From positions 1 through 27,639 of the IMG/VR virus record IMGVR_UViG_3300038974_000227: a stretch of 27,639 nt of DNA; one strand, 5' to 3'. The position numbers were made by a program, and so were the translations under genes. The stretch comes from a virus. Lineage: Duplodnaviria > Caudoviricetes. Positions 15,473 through 23,833 of this stretch are shown piece by piece. The notes under the pieces were generated by a model. The model saw only the letters and a program-made list of their open reading frames with translations. It did not search any database and had not been told where the DNA came from. Within the stretch, counting starts at the first letter, position 1. Each line of letters opens with the position of its first letter.

Positions 15473-15658
15473 ATGAATAAAGTAATTTTGATTGGTCGAT
15501 TGGGTAAAGATCCGGATGTTAAATACACGCCAGCAGGGGACATGGTAACGACGTTTTCTGTCGCCACGGACGAAAGTTACAAAAACCGTGAAGGCGAAAA
15601 GGTCCAGAAAACAGAATGGCATAAGATTGTCGCCTGGGGAAAGCTGGCTGAAAAATGA
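15473..15658 (+). pseudogene. ssb: truncated single-stranded DNA-binding protein (N-terminal half of OB fold)
   Basis: MNKVILIGRLGKDPDVKYT...FSVAT...TEWHKIVAWGKLAE then stop at residue 61. Confidence 0.85.
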
Positions 15659-15876
15659 AAAATAAATATAAAACACAAGATCAGATAATGATTAATGCCT
15701 TAAGAGAAATGAGTGGCCATAGCATACACGATAAAAAACGCTGGCTTCAATCAAGAACTTTATATGCCAAAAGGATTGCAGAGAAGAAAAAGCAAGAAAG
15801 AGAAAATAATAAGGCTATCGAGGAATTTTTAAACAACGGTGGCAAGATTACACTTTGTCCACCAAAAATAAATTAA
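15655..15876 (+). CDS. hypothetical protein
   Basis: C-terminal IEEFLNNGGKITLCP motif typical of small phage proteins. Confidence 0.6.
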   Translation: MKNKYKTQDQIMINALREMSGHSIHDKKRWLQSRTLYAKRIAEKKKQERENNKAIEEFLNNGGKITLCPPKIN

Positions 15877-15889
15877 ACAGGAGGAAGTT

Positions 15890-16075
15890 ATGAAAATCAA
15901 AGCAAGGAAAGTCGAAAATGGTTTTATCGTGTCTTACGGGAAGAAGGAATTTTTCTGTAAAGATGAAGATGAGGGAAGGAATAAAGTCCGCGAGTTATTT
16001 ATGGCAGAAGTCGCGCCGGTAATAGCGCAGTTAGAAGTGGAGAGGTTATTCCCATTGGCGCTGGAGAGCGTGTAA
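15890..16075 (+). CDS. hypothetical protein
   Basis: GGAGG RBS; KVENGFIVSY motif; TAATG coupling to next gene. Confidence 0.65.
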   Translation: MKIKARKVENGFIVSYGKKEFFCKDEDEGRNKVRELFMAEVAPVIAQLEVERLFPLALESV

Positions 16076-16278
16076 TGGCTGAAATAGAAACCAAAACAGA
16101 ATACCGCGGCTTAAGCGAGATCGCAGATCGCTTCGGCAAGAGTGTTGATTTTGTCCGGGATTTGATTCACGATAGAATTAACCCTCTCCCCGCCGTGGAG
16201 GTCGGACGCGAGTGGTGGATCACTGAGGAAGCGATACAGCACTGGCTTAATCGTAAGATTTTAACACGTGTCAAGTAG
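16075..16278 (+). CDS. MerR/excisionase-like HTH protein, candidate late activator
   Basis: GLSEIADRFGKSVDFVRDLI...LPAVEVGREWWIT...IQHWL. Confidence 0.75.
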   Translation: MAEIETKTEYRGLSEIADRFGKSVDFVRDLIHDRINPLPAVEVGREWWITEEAIQHWLNRKILTRVK

Positions 16279-16290
16279 TTTATCAGCGGG

Positions 16291-16367
16291 GTTACACAGG
16301 AACCACCGCCGAGTTATGCAGATTCCCGGCGTGTCTACGCAGAACGCGAAAAAAGCCATGCTATACT
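16291..16367 (+). promoter_or_regulatory. candidate activator-dependent late promoter
   Basis: three direct repeats GTTACACAGG / GTTATGCAGA / TCTACGCAGA spaced 22 and 21 bp, then TGCTATACT extended -10; no consensus -35. Confidence 0.5.
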
Positions 16368-16464
16368 ATGTCCGCGTTAAAGATAATTGATTGTGGTTAA
16401 TTTTAGCATGGGTGTTTTTTTATGAAATATAAAATTTAAGTGATTTTAGGCGATTTTGCTCAAT

Positions 16465-16860
16465 ATGACCAAGTTTATTGAAGCTCCAGAATTAAAAGAA
16501 CTGGCGCGTAAAGTCATTTTCGTGCGTGAGGAAGTATATCATGTCGATGTAAATGATGTTCTGTTTCTTAAAGAACTGGAGACCATGCCGCCGGCCGCCG
16601 CACGTACTTACAACCTCAATGATCATCCCATCCAAGTATTCACCCATAAGCATTTTGCAATCGTATTTTATGAGAGCAAGATCGATTACTTTACCGACGA
16701 ACAACGGGCTATTCTGATGTTTCATGAATTAATGCACATCCCGACATTAAAGAACAGGCTCATTGATCATGACGTCAAGGATTTCCATGAGGTTTTAAAA
16801 TTGGGCGTTGATTGGAGTCAGCCCAATGCAACAGTACCGAATATCTTGGAGGGATTATGA
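16465..16860 (+). CDS. putative phage metallopeptidase
   Basis: AILMFHELMHI (HExxH) followed by HDVKDF. Confidence 0.8.
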   Translation: MTKFIEAPELKELARKVIFVREEVYHVDVNDVLFLKELETMPPAAARTYNLNDHPIQVFTHKHFAIVFYESKIDYFTDEQRAILMFHELMHIPTLKNRLIDHDVKDFHEVLKLGVDWSQPNATVPNILEGL

Positions 16861-17378
16861 TAAAGAAAATAGCCAAGAAAAAAATCTCCCCAAAGAAGAC
16901 GCGGCGAGAAGGCACAAAGACTAAACAAAAGTCAACAAAATACCGCCCGACAGTAAAAGAGAAGGATTTACTGGAAGTTCTTTTAAATCCAGAACATAGG
17001 TTTAAATCAATCACGGATATTTGTTTACTCGCTCATTGCACACGGAATATCTATTACAATGCGTTTGAAAAGCCGGATTTCTGCAAGTATTACGAGCGGC
17101 AGGTGGACCGGCTGATTGATAAATCATATGCGGCTATGATCAATGCGTCTTTACGTGCGGCTGTTCGCGGAGACGCTACTCACTTGCGGATACTTTTGCA
17201 AATGAAGGGCAAGCTGGCTGATAGGGTTATTTTCCCCGGCAAGGACGGCGAACCGCAGGATCTTACATCCAAGCAGTTATCCGCAAATGAAATAGCCAGG
17301 CGGGTATCGATAATATTTCAAAAAGGATTGAAGCGTAAAGAAGAGGCGGAGAAGAAGAATGCAGCTTCAAGGAGCTAA
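16857..17378 (+). CDS. terminase small subunit-like HTH protein
   Basis: GGAGGG RBS, ATG 16857; HTH-like region, C-terminal GKDGEP; overlaps terL start. Confidence 0.65.
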   Translation: MIKKIAKKKISPKKTRREGTKTKQKSTKYRPTVKEKDLLEVLLNPEHRFKSITDICLLAHCTRNIYYNAFEKPDFCKYYERQVDRLIDKSYAAMINASLRAAVRGDATHLRILLQMKGKLADRVIFPGKDGEPQDLTSKQLSANEIARRVSIIFQKGLKRKEEAEKKNAASRS

Positions 17379-18756
17379 TTTAGATAAAATCAGAAGCGTT
17401 GTCCCTTATCTGAATCCGGAGGAACTTACCGAATTGTCTATTCTCCTGACTGACGCGCCCGGATGGATGCCCCGTTATGATCAGGAGGCCTTGTGGGATT
17501 ACCTGATCGCCGGCGGCCTGCGGGCGGTTGAATGCGCTCATAGACGCTGGGGCAAGGATGATATCGCTCTAAACTTCGCCGCTGAAGCCGCGCAAAAAAG
17601 AATAGGCAATTACTGGCATATGCTCCCGCAATTTAACCAGTGCCGTAAAGCGATTTGGGAGGCAGTCAATCCCCGGACCGGAATGAGGCGCATTGATGAA
17701 GCCTTTCCCGAGTCGATCAGGGCGCAGAAGATCCGCGAATCCGATATGTTCATCAAGATTAAAGGCGGATCCACGTGGCAGTTGGTCGGATCGGATAATT
17801 ACAATGCTCTCGTCGGTTCTCCGCCTATCGGAATTGTCTTTTCTGAATACGCCTTATCTAATCCTGAATCGTGGGCTTATCTATCGCCCATTCTGGAGGA
17901 AAATGGCGGATGGGCTATTTTTATCAGTACGTCCCGAGGCAATAATCATTTCAAACGGCTGGTTGATCATGCTCGTGTGGCGCCCGGATGGTTCGGGCAA
18001 ATCCTTACGGCGGATGATACGCCTGTCTTCACTCCTGATAAACTTACGGCCATTAAAGCGGATATGATCGCCACGTTTGGCGAGGAAATGGGCCTCGCTC
18101 TATTTATGCAGGAATATTATTGCTCGTTTGAGGGCGCTGTATTGGGTGCGTATTTCTCCAAGCAAATGGCACTGGCCCGGAAAGAAGGGCGTATTTGTAG
18201 TTGTCCGCATGATCCGGCCATTGAAGTTGATACAGCATGGGATTTAGGCGTCGATGATTCCATGGCGATCTGGTTCATTCAACATAAATTCGGCAAGCAT
18301 TACGTTATCGATTATTACGAGAACACCGGCTACGGCCTGGAGCATTACCATAAAATCATGGAGAGCAAGGGTTATCGGTACGGCAATCATTATATGCCGC
18401 ATGATGCCGAGGCCCGCGAAATGACCAATAGTGAGGTCGCACAGACGCGCAAGGAAATAGGCGAGGGGTTGGGGATTAAGCCTATTATCGTCGTCTCCAG
18501 GGCACGGAAAATGGATATTATTATTCAGGTCCATATCCCGGCGGTCCGGAATATTCTCGGTAGCTGCTATTTTGATGAAAAGAATTGCATGGCCGGGATC
18601 TCCGCACTGGAAGGATACCGGGCGGAGTACGATGAAGAAAAGAAAGTTCTCACAAACCGGCCCTTACATGATTGGACTTCTCATGGCGCGAGCGCCTTTA
18701 TTACGTTTGCCGTGGGTTACAATGGCGTCACCTATAAGGATGATCTTGATGATTAA
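17359..18756 (+). CDS. terL: terminase large subunit
   Basis: HRRWGKD Walker A variant, IVFSEY Walker B variant, FISTSRG motif III, QEYYCSF, AWDLGVDD nuclease, HDWTSH. Confidence 0.93.
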   Translation: MQLQGANLDKIRSVVPYLNPEELTELSILLTDAPGWMPRYDQEALWDYLIAGGLRAVECAHRRWGKDDIALNFAAEAAQKRIGNYWHMLPQFNQCRKAIWEAVNPRTGMRRIDEAFPESIRAQKIRESDMFIKIKGGSTWQLVGSDNYNALVGSPPIGIVFSEYALSNPESWAYLSPILEENGGWAIFISTSRGNNHFKRLVDHARVAPGWFGQILTADDTPVFTPDKLTAIKADMIATFGEEMGLALFMQEYYCSFEGAVLGAYFSKQMALARKEGRICSCPHDPAIEVDTAWDLGVDDSMAIWFIQHKFGKHYVIDYYENTGYGLEHYHKIMESKGYRYGNHYMPHDAEAREMTNSEVAQTRKEIGEGLGIKPIIVVSRARKMDIIIQVHIPAVRNILGSCYFDEKNCMAGISALEGYRAEYDEEKKVLTNRPLHDWTSHGASAFITFAVGYNGVTYKDDLDD

Positions 18757-19459
18757 ATTAATTAAGCCCACTGAAATAGATTATCTGCGCTATCAATCAA
18801 TGGTTGACGATGCTATTTGTAAAGGCATTAAGCTCACGCCCAGGGCGTATCATTACGAGAATACCGAAACAGACCAGCAATATTATGATTTATACGGGTG
18901 TATCGGTTGGCCCTATGAGGACGAGGATAAAAAGAAGGGATTACCCGGATATGTCGCTATTGTGGCCGTTGTAAAATCAAGTAGGCCACCTGAGCAAGCA
19001 TGGTTTAGATTAATGGACGAGGCCGAAAGCGAGTATTTAATCGTTCTCTTCCAGAAAATTCAGGAAATGCGGGACAAGTTCGGCTTTGGCGAACATCCCG
19101 AGCTATTGAAAACATTCATAGGCGATCCGGATAAAAACATCACTGATTTGGTGTCGTATAATGCCGATCTTGAAAGGCTCGGAAAAAAGAATAGAGAGAT
19201 TATACTGGCTCCGCCGTTGGATATGTACGACACAGAAGCCTTTGATAATTACAAACGATCAATGGAGACAGCAATATTAAACAAGCCAGAGCGTTTTGCT
19301 TTTGGTGGAAACAGTATTCTCCGGACCAAACATCATGAGTACAGGCGCAACAATCCGGCTGTTTTCGCGATAGGGGGGTTGATTCATACGCTTTTACACA
19401 CAACCCCGTGGATGGATTCGCAGAGTGAAAATATGTTTACCGTGGAGGAGGGTGTGTAA
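18749..19459 (+). CDS. hypothetical protein
   Basis: ATG 18749 (MIKLIKPTE) after AAGGA overlapping terL end; upstream extension in ORF track is likely spurious. Confidence 0.7.
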   Translation: MIKLIKPTEIDYLRYQSMVDDAICKGIKLTPRAYHYENTETDQQYYDLYGCIGWPYEDEDKKKGLPGYVAIVAVVKSSRPPEQAWFRLMDEAESEYLIVLFQKIQEMRDKFGFGEHPELLKTFIGDPDKNITDLVSYNADLERLGKKNREIILAPPLDMYDTEAFDNYKRSMETAILNKPERFAFGGNSILRTKHHEYRRNNPAVFAIGGLIHTLLHTTPWMDSQSENMFTVEEGV

Positions 19460-19710
19460 TGTTTAATTTCGGTGAAGTGATCGCGTTAATGAGTTTTGCC
19501 TGTCTGTTGGTTATGGCTGGTGTCGTCCTTGGTGGATGGTTGGTGTTTAAGAGCCGAAACGCCACCCAGGGAGAGAAATTTCTCGGCGGAGTGCCCAAGG
19601 GTACAGTCTTCACGATTCCGGATGCCGCGGAAGAAATAGAAACAGAGGCTGAAAAGAACATTCTGGATAAGAGCAAAGACTTTTTAAAGATGTTTGAGGG
19701 AGGAAAATAG
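19459..19710 (+). CDS. small membrane protein
   Basis: GGAGG RBS, TAATG coupling, N-terminal hydrophobic helix. Confidence 0.7.
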   Translation: MFNFGEVIALMSFACLLVMAGVVLGGWLVFKSRNATQGEKFLGGVPKGTVFTIPDAAEEIETEAEKNILDKSKDFLKMFEGGK

Positions 19711-19853
19711 ATGGGTTGTGTGTATCAGGCACAGAACATGATTAATGGGAAAGTTTATATAGGCAAAATCATCAATTCATACAAAACAAAAAATAAGTGA
19801 AAGTATTAAAAAGCATTGGATATTAAGAAAATTAAGAATGGAGGCAGATAAAA
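19711..19853 (+). pseudogene. GIY-YIG homing endonuclease remnant
   Basis: MGCVYQAQNMINGKVYIGK then stop at 19800; another frame gives KISESIKKHWILRK (NUMOD3-like tail). Confidence 0.65.
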
Positions 19854-20327
19854 ATGAATCAAGATTTGTCGGGATTGCCTGTTAAGTGTCCTAATTGCAA
19901 AAAGATTTTATTTAAAACTACCGATAAGTACGATCCTAATGTAAGTCCGCGAGGGGATATGTTAAAATCCCTTGTGACGTACCACTTGGATTTTCTATTA
20001 ACATCATCAACGCCTGTTTCTAGCTTGACCTGTCCGGAGTGCACCTGTCAATTGGCACCGTATGGGAGATTGACGGTAGTAGAGCCTGAGCCGCCCTCTG
20101 AATCTGTCCCTGAACCCGAAAATCAAAGGACAATAGAGCCTCCGGGAACACAGCCGGAGATAGAAGTTCAGGGGAAAGATAACCCGCCGGATATTCCGGT
20201 AACGTCTCCCGCGGAACTGTCCGATGTTGAGAAATCAGCGATTGCAAAGCCATTCACCTGCGACGTTTGCGGAAAGTCTTTCGGCACCAAGCTGGCGTTG
20301 TCCGGGCATAAGAGGAGTCATAAATAA
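19854..20327 (+). CDS. Zn-ribbon protein with C-terminal classical C2H2 zinc finger
   Basis: CPNC...CPEC, Pro/Glu linker, FTCDVCGKSFGTKLALSGHKRSH. Confidence 0.8.
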   Translation: MNQDLSGLPVKCPNCKKILFKTTDKYDPNVSPRGDMLKSLVTYHLDFLLTSSTPVSSLTCPECTCQLAPYGRLTVVEPEPPSESVPEPENQRTIEPPGTQPEIEVQGKDNPPDIPVTSPAELSDVEKSAIAKPFTCDVCGKSFGTKLALSGHKRSHK

Positions 20328-20743
20328 TGGACACTTCTGAACTTTACATAGATATGTGCAGGAAGGCGGTGGAGATACAGAAACTTGATCTTGGTTCAAA
20401 AATATACAATGAGGATGAAGACGAAGAGCATAAATTAACATCGTTTTATTATCTGCCTCACGCGCATAAGATATCTATATTAAAATGGGACAACGATGAG
20501 GGGCATTATATCTCTGGTGGTTATCGTGATAATCAAAGCGACGCTGTCTGGCTCCCACGTCAGGACCAGTTGCAGGAAATGATGGGAATAATCCCATTTG
20601 ATTTAGAGGGACAATTTCATTACTGGTTTACGGAAGAGGGATGCAAAGTAAAATGGTCATGGGAACAACATTGGCTCGCCTTTGTGATGAAAGAAAAATT
20701 CAACAAGCAATGGAACGGAGAGGATTGGGTTGAGGTGGGTTAA
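20327..20743 (+). CDS. hypothetical phage protein
   Basis: YIDMCRKAVEIQ...WLPRQDQLQEM...EQHWLAFVMKEKFNKQW; TAATG coupling. Confidence 0.75.
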   Translation: MDTSELYIDMCRKAVEIQKLDLGSKIYNEDEDEEHKLTSFYYLPHAHKISILKWDNDEGHYISGGYRDNQSDAVWLPRQDQLQEMMGIIPFDLEGQFHYWFTEEGCKVKWSWEQHWLAFVMKEKFNKQWNGEDWVEVG

Positions 20744-20746
20744 ATA

Positions 20747-20848
20747 ATGTCTGAGGACTCAAAAAAGATTATTGACGTCATTATCCGTTGTGCTAAAATG
20801 CTCATAAAGTTACTGGAGAATTTAAAAAATGAACCGGTAAAATCTTAA
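20747..20848 (+). CDS. 33-aa amphipathic peptide (not in ORF track)
   Basis: GAGGTG RBS; MSEDSKKIIDVIIRCAKMLIKLLENLKNEPVKS. Confidence 0.55.
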   Translation: MSEDSKKIIDVIIRCAKMLIKLLENLKNEPVKS

Positions 20849-20908
20849 TATATCATCATCTATCCCGCCTTCCGGCTGCATAGACTGATAAGCTGACCGC
20901 GCATAATG

Positions 20909-20940
20909 CCCCGTCTGAATAAAATCAGCGGGGTTTTATT
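20909..20940 (+). promoter_or_regulatory. hairpin abutting the portal start codon (attenuator / RBS-occluding)
   Basis: CCCCG-T-CTGA-ATAAAA-TCAG-CGGGG-TTTTATT-ATG. Confidence 0.6.
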
Positions 20941-22845
20941 ATGTTACGAGAATGGAGCTTATCAAAACTGCCACCGAAAGACGATCCGGATGTTGGTCCG
21001 TATGCCTATTTGCTCTTTAACGCGGCGAAGGCCGAAAAAGAACGCCTCAATAAACCTCAAGACTTCGTAAATAATTACGCCCTCTATCGCGGACAGCAGA
21101 CCCAGCAGCAGACCGGCATGAAGGGCGCCAGGCAACCCAAGAAAGTCCTCACCCCAATCAATCTCTATTTTGCGAATATCGAAAGAACGGTCTCCAATAT
21201 TACCGCCCGCAATCCGGTCGGCGAGGTCGTTGATCTGGACGGGACCGGCGAAGGATCTGAAAAAGTCCTCTCCATGGTCCTCAAAAAGTGGTGGAAGGAC
21301 ACGGACCAGTTGCCCAAGATACGGCAATCGGCCCGGCAAATGGAAATATACGGGCATACCGGAGAAAAGCCGTCCTGGGATAAATCTAAGGACAATCCGG
21401 ATATTGACGTAACGGACCCGTTTCAGGTGTTCCCGGCTCCTGGATACTGGGAAAACATCAGTGAAGATGCTCCATATATCGCGTTTGCCTACGTTAAATT
21501 TGTCTCAGATATCGAATCCTTCTTTGGCGTTACCGATGTGCAGGAAGATGAGGCCTATGAACTCATGGGCACAGAACGAGAGAAATTCAAGGGAGAGGGC
21601 TACGGCGCCCAAAATACATCAATCGGCAATTACAGCGATCCCATGACAATAACCAGCGGGAAGACGCAGGACAAATCTCTGAAGCGTTGTTTGGTTATTG
21701 AGGTATGGGTAAGGGATAATAGCTTCACAACGATAACCGAACAGCGACCGTTCGTTGACCCGGGTACTGAAGAAGTGGTTTTGGACGAAGAGACCGGCTA
21801 TCCGGTACTCGAAGAAATGACAACGAAGATTCCTGTTTATCGGGACGGAATCCGCAAAATCACGATTACAAAAAGCAAAGACCCTCAGTCGAAAGACGGG
21901 ATTATCGTCCTGGATGACAGCGAAAACCCCAATATCAATCCCGAGTTGCCTACGGAATTGGCGATTAATACCTATCCATGGGGCCGCCTGCCTTACTACT
22001 ACGCCAATTCTTATCGGGACGGCATTTCTGTATGGGGATTCTCGGCCGCCGAACAGGTGGGCGACCTTCTCAACAAAATCAACCTTATATTCTCTAAGCT
22101 GATTGCCTGGGTGATCAACGTCATGACGCCGCCGCTGATCGTGCAGAAGAACTGCGGCATAACCAAAGAAATGATTGAAAGCACAATCAAGAATGCCGGA
22201 AGACTTATTTTGATGCCGACAATCCCCAATGCCCGCATTGAATTTATGCAGGTGCCTAATCTGCCGCAAACCTTCTTTGCCGTTCTGGAGTTGATCGTCA
22301 GGTTTTTCGACCGTGTTTACCAGATTGAAGACGCTGACCGGGGCGTGGCGCCCAACGGCGTGATTGCAGCGCAGGCGATTGTCGCACTCCAAGAAAGAAA
22401 CGCAGTCTTGATGCAATCGAAAACATCATCCATCGATTATCTGGCTGAGCAGCGCAGCCGCTGGGCTATTGGATTGTATCAAAACTTTGGGACAAAGCCC
22501 GATTCGGTCAATGTTGATGACGAGACGTATGAGTTCTTTGGCGTGAACTTCGCCGGCCGTAAATACAATTATGTTGTCGAAAGCGGCTCTACAACGCCGA
22601 GAACGAGCCTACAGAATCAGGAATTGGCGTTCAAGTTATACGAACAGAAAGCTATCGGCCAGAAAGGTTTACTGGAAGTGCTGAACTGGCCGAACTGGAG
22701 GGAAGAGGTTGAGAGGACGGCAGAATCACAAGTGGATCAGGCCCTGCAAATCCTTGTTGATTCAGGACTGCCGGAAGAACAGGCGATGGCGATAAGGCAA
22801 TTCGTCATGTCATCGTCAGAACAACTTAAAAACAATGGGAGGTAA
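20941..22845 (+). CDS. portal protein (P22-like size and layout)
   Basis: 634 aa between terminase and scaffold/capsid; YRGQQ, PINL..., WGRLPY...WGFSAAE...L...INL motifs. Confidence 0.85.
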   Translation: MLREWSLSKLPPKDDPDVGPYAYLLFNAAKAEKERLNKPQDFVNNYALYRGQQTQQQTGMKGARQPKKVLTPINLYFANIERTVSNITARNPVGEVVDLDGTGEGSEKVLSMVLKKWWKDTDQLPKIRQSARQMEIYGHTGEKPSWDKSKDNPDIDVTDPFQVFPAPGYWENISEDAPYIAFAYVKFVSDIESFFGVTDVQEDEAYELMGTEREKFKGEGYGAQNTSIGNYSDPMTITSGKTQDKSLKRCLVIEVWVRDNSFTTITEQRPFVDPGTEEVVLDEETGYPVLEEMTTKIPVYRDGIRKITITKSKDPQSKDGIIVLDDSENPNINPELPTELAINTYPWGRLPYYYANSYRDGISVWGFSAAEQVGDLLNKINLIFSKLIAWVINVMTPPLIVQKNCGITKEMIESTIKNAGRLILMPTIPNARIEFMQVPNLPQTFFAVLELIVRFFDRVYQIEDADRGVAPNGVIAAQAIVALQERNAVLMQSKTSSIDYLAEQRSRWAIGLYQNFGTKPDSVNVDDETYEFFGVNFAGRKYNYVVESGSTTPRTSLQNQELAFKLYEQKAIGQKGLLEVLNWPNWREEVERTAESQVDQALQILVDSGLPEEQAMAIRQFVMSSSEQLKNNGR

Positions 22846-22846
22846 T

Positions 22847-23140
22847 ATGCTGGTATTGGTCAACACAAGTTTCGGCTACATCATTGGAGAGAGGATCAAC
22901 AAAGACAATAAAGACGTTTTAACCATCAAAGAGCCGCGCAATCTGTTTATTGCTAATGACAAGGAGACGGGGCAGCATCATTTTGCCGTGGGAGAATTCC
23001 CGTGGAAACCCGCCGTTATAAACCTACCGGTGAATCATGTGTATTTCGATGTGACCGAGGAAGTGGTGAAAAAACTGTATCGTCAGGCTATCTCCGGTCT
23101 GGTCCTTGCCGGTTCCGGCGATATTCAGAAGCCGCGTTGA
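22847..23140 (+). CDS. hypothetical protein (beta-rich, possibly Sm-like)
   Basis: GGAGG RBS, ATG 22847; YIIGE...LTIKEPR...LYRQAISGLVL. Confidence 0.65.
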   Translation: MLVLVNTSFGYIIGERINKDNKDVLTIKEPRNLFIANDKETGQHHFAVGEFPWKPAVINLPVNHVYFDVTEEVVKKLYRQAISGLVLAGSGDIQKPR

Positions 23141-23148
23141 GGTGAGCT

Positions 23149-23433
23149 ATGCCAGTCTATCAATATGAATGCAAACTGTGTAAGACGATTACCGAGAAGG
23201 TCCACCGGATGGACAGTATCCCGAAGAAAGTGAGATGCTCAAAGCCGGGGTGTGGAAGAATGGCCAGGCGGATTATTGCGCAAAGCGGCGCTATCCAGTG
23301 CGATAGCATTAACGACGTAAAGTGGCTGCCGTCGGCTCTCATGACATTGCCCGACAGGGCGGCAAGGCATATCACATCAAGGACAGAGCACCAACGCTAT
23401 CTGAAAGAAAACAATCTTATCCAAAAGGCCTGA
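23149..23433 (+). CDS. FmdB-family zinc ribbon protein
   Basis: MPVYQYECKLC...CSKPGCG..ARRII. Confidence 0.85.
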   Translation: MPVYQYECKLCKTITEKVHRMDSIPKKVRCSKPGCGRMARRIIAQSGAIQCDSINDVKWLPSALMTLPDRAARHITSRTEHQRYLKENNLIQKA

Positions 23434-23434
23434 T

Positions 23435-23623
23435 ATGACCGAGCAAGATAAAATAGACGCGATCAAGTCCGCCATCGAAAAACAAATAAAAAACTTGATT
23501 TCAGGGAAAAAAACTGATAAAATTGAATTAATGGTAGAACTCAATGTGACACAGGGATTTATCGCATCATCGTTTTTGAGGAATAATAGCAAGGAAACAA
23601 TTTTCAAACAGGGGAATATTTAA
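23435..23623 (+). CDS. small hypothetical protein preceding structured leader
   Basis: 62-aa helix-plus-beta pattern (IELMVELNVTQGFI); operon spacing. Confidence 0.6.
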   Translation: MTEQDKIDAIKSAIEKQIKNLISGKKTDKIELMVELNVTQGFIASSFLRNNSKETIFKQGNI

Positions 23624-23693
23624 ATACGTGTTCATGAGGTAATCGATCTTTTAATACATAACGGGGACTGAAAAGACTCTAAGAGTTACTAAC

Positions 23694-23755
23694 AAGCCCG
23701 GATTCTTTGGATAACGCAGCGATGCGCCAAGGAGTCCGGGCTTTTTTTATTTTTT
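23694..23755 (+). terminator. long hairpin with U-tract (intrinsic terminator/attenuator)
   Basis: AAGCCCGGATTCTTTGG-ATAA-CGCA-GCGA-TGCG-CCAAGGAGTCCGGGCTT-TTTTTATTTTTT. Confidence 0.8.
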
Positions 23756-23833
23756 CTGATTCGGACAACCAGTTTCAACGTGCCCTAAGGGGATAACACG
23801 AAATCCAACACTGGCCGAGGAAGGAGCGGGAAA

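Noticed and set aside
18572-18748. Long N-terminal overlap of the 295-aa ORF with terL
   Set aside because: Extension looks like off-frame translation; a coupled ATG with RBS exists at 18749.
21619-22416. 265-aa antisense ORF within portal (also 24832-25470 within capsid)
   Set aside because: Typical antisense shadows of codon-biased genes; no motifs or RBS.
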